Assembly (NCBI RefSeq): GCF_001194135.2
Contig: NC_068983.1
Coordinates: forward strand, 66,258,672 to 66,322,671
From: Octopus bimaculoides
Lineage: Eukaryota
Length of the DNA stretch: 64,000 nt
Direction of reading: 5' to 3'
Part shown: piece by piece, positions 63,200-64,000 of the stretch
How the letters are laid out: every line of letters starts with the position of its first letter
Numbering within the stretch: the first letter of the stretch is position 1
Position numbers and translations under genes: made by a program
Notes under the pieces: model-generated
What the model was told of the DNA's origin: nothing
Databases searched by the model: none
The model's input: only the letters and a program-made list of their open reading frames with translations

Positions 63200-63905
63200 T
63201 ATATATACATAAATATATGTATCTACATACATATATATGCATATATGGGTACAGGATGCCCCAAAACATAAGCATGAAATATGAAATATGAAAACAACAT
63301 GAAATACAAAGACAAACTTGGGAATGAGAACAGCGAGAGAAGCAAATGGAAAACAAGACAAGTAACATAAAGAACGACCCTTTATAAGTTGTTGGCTATC
63401 CATCTACTCCTAATTTTGAGCAATTAACGACAGTATGAGGTTTCAAAAAGGTAGTTGCACCTCTGAACCAAAACAAAATTTGGGATTTGTGGAGGGTCAA
63501 AGCCGGTAACAAAAACAAGATAGTGGAGACATACAACAAACCAAAGGAAAACAGACACTATTTTCACCGTTTTCTATCTGTCTCTCTCTCTCCCTCTTTC
63601 TCCTTTACTTTCTCTTTCATTGCTCACACATGACCATCGTGCATCTTTCTTTTCCTCGCATGATCATCTTTCTTTTCTTTCAGTCTGTCTTACAGATCAG
63701 ATGCCTTCTTAGCTGTCTCCTCTTCTATATTTTCTCTTATAGAAGACAATATTCTTCCAGCATTTGTTACCTTACCTCGTCTGGCCTAATATTTGTTTTT
63801 GTTTGTTTTTGTTTGGTTTGTTGTATGTCTCCACTGTCCTGTTTTTGTTACCAACTTTGACCCTCCACAATTCCCAAATTTTTAATTTGGTTCATGGGAG
63901 CAAGC
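63200..63905. repeat. Two inverted partial copies of one interspersed repeat
   Basis: 63464-63545 is a diverged reverse complement of 63812-63894 (aaaatttggga.ttgtggagggtcaaag..ggtaacaaaaaca.ga.agtggagacatacaacaaaccaaa). Confidence 0.85.
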
Positions 63906-64000
63906 GCCTTTTGAAGTCTCATATTGTTGTTAATTGTTTGAAACTAAAACTTAGAATAAACTAAAACTGAATTTTAGTTTATGCACAACTAGATTCAACA

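Overview
AT-rich, repeat-dense eukaryotic DNA from a gapped draft assembly. The SINE families, microsatellite load and element mix suggest a cephalopod (Octopus-like) genome; that is an inference, not a database result. I found no intact host gene, rRNA, real tRNA or CRISPR array, so the window reads as intronic or intergenic. It contains decayed mobile elements: RTE LINEs (a 5'-containing copy at 1-2800 and many 3' fragments), three CR1-group LINE relics, a piggyBac relic, a hAT/Charlie-type MITE, five Tc1/mariner pieces from several lineages (one full length with TIRs and TA TSD), Penelope-like (GIY-YIG) relics and several SINE families. The most interesting signals are structural: an RT-deleted Penelope-like derivative, several degenerate hammerhead-ribozyme-like cores near Penelope-like relics, five inverted-repeat or palindromic structures (31-bp perfect stem up to ~250-bp arms), and a mariner MITE whose removal restores a CR1 reading frame. 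Most long ORFs in the track are artefacts of microsatellites or N gaps. Coordinates of decayed elements are approximate and were read by eye.
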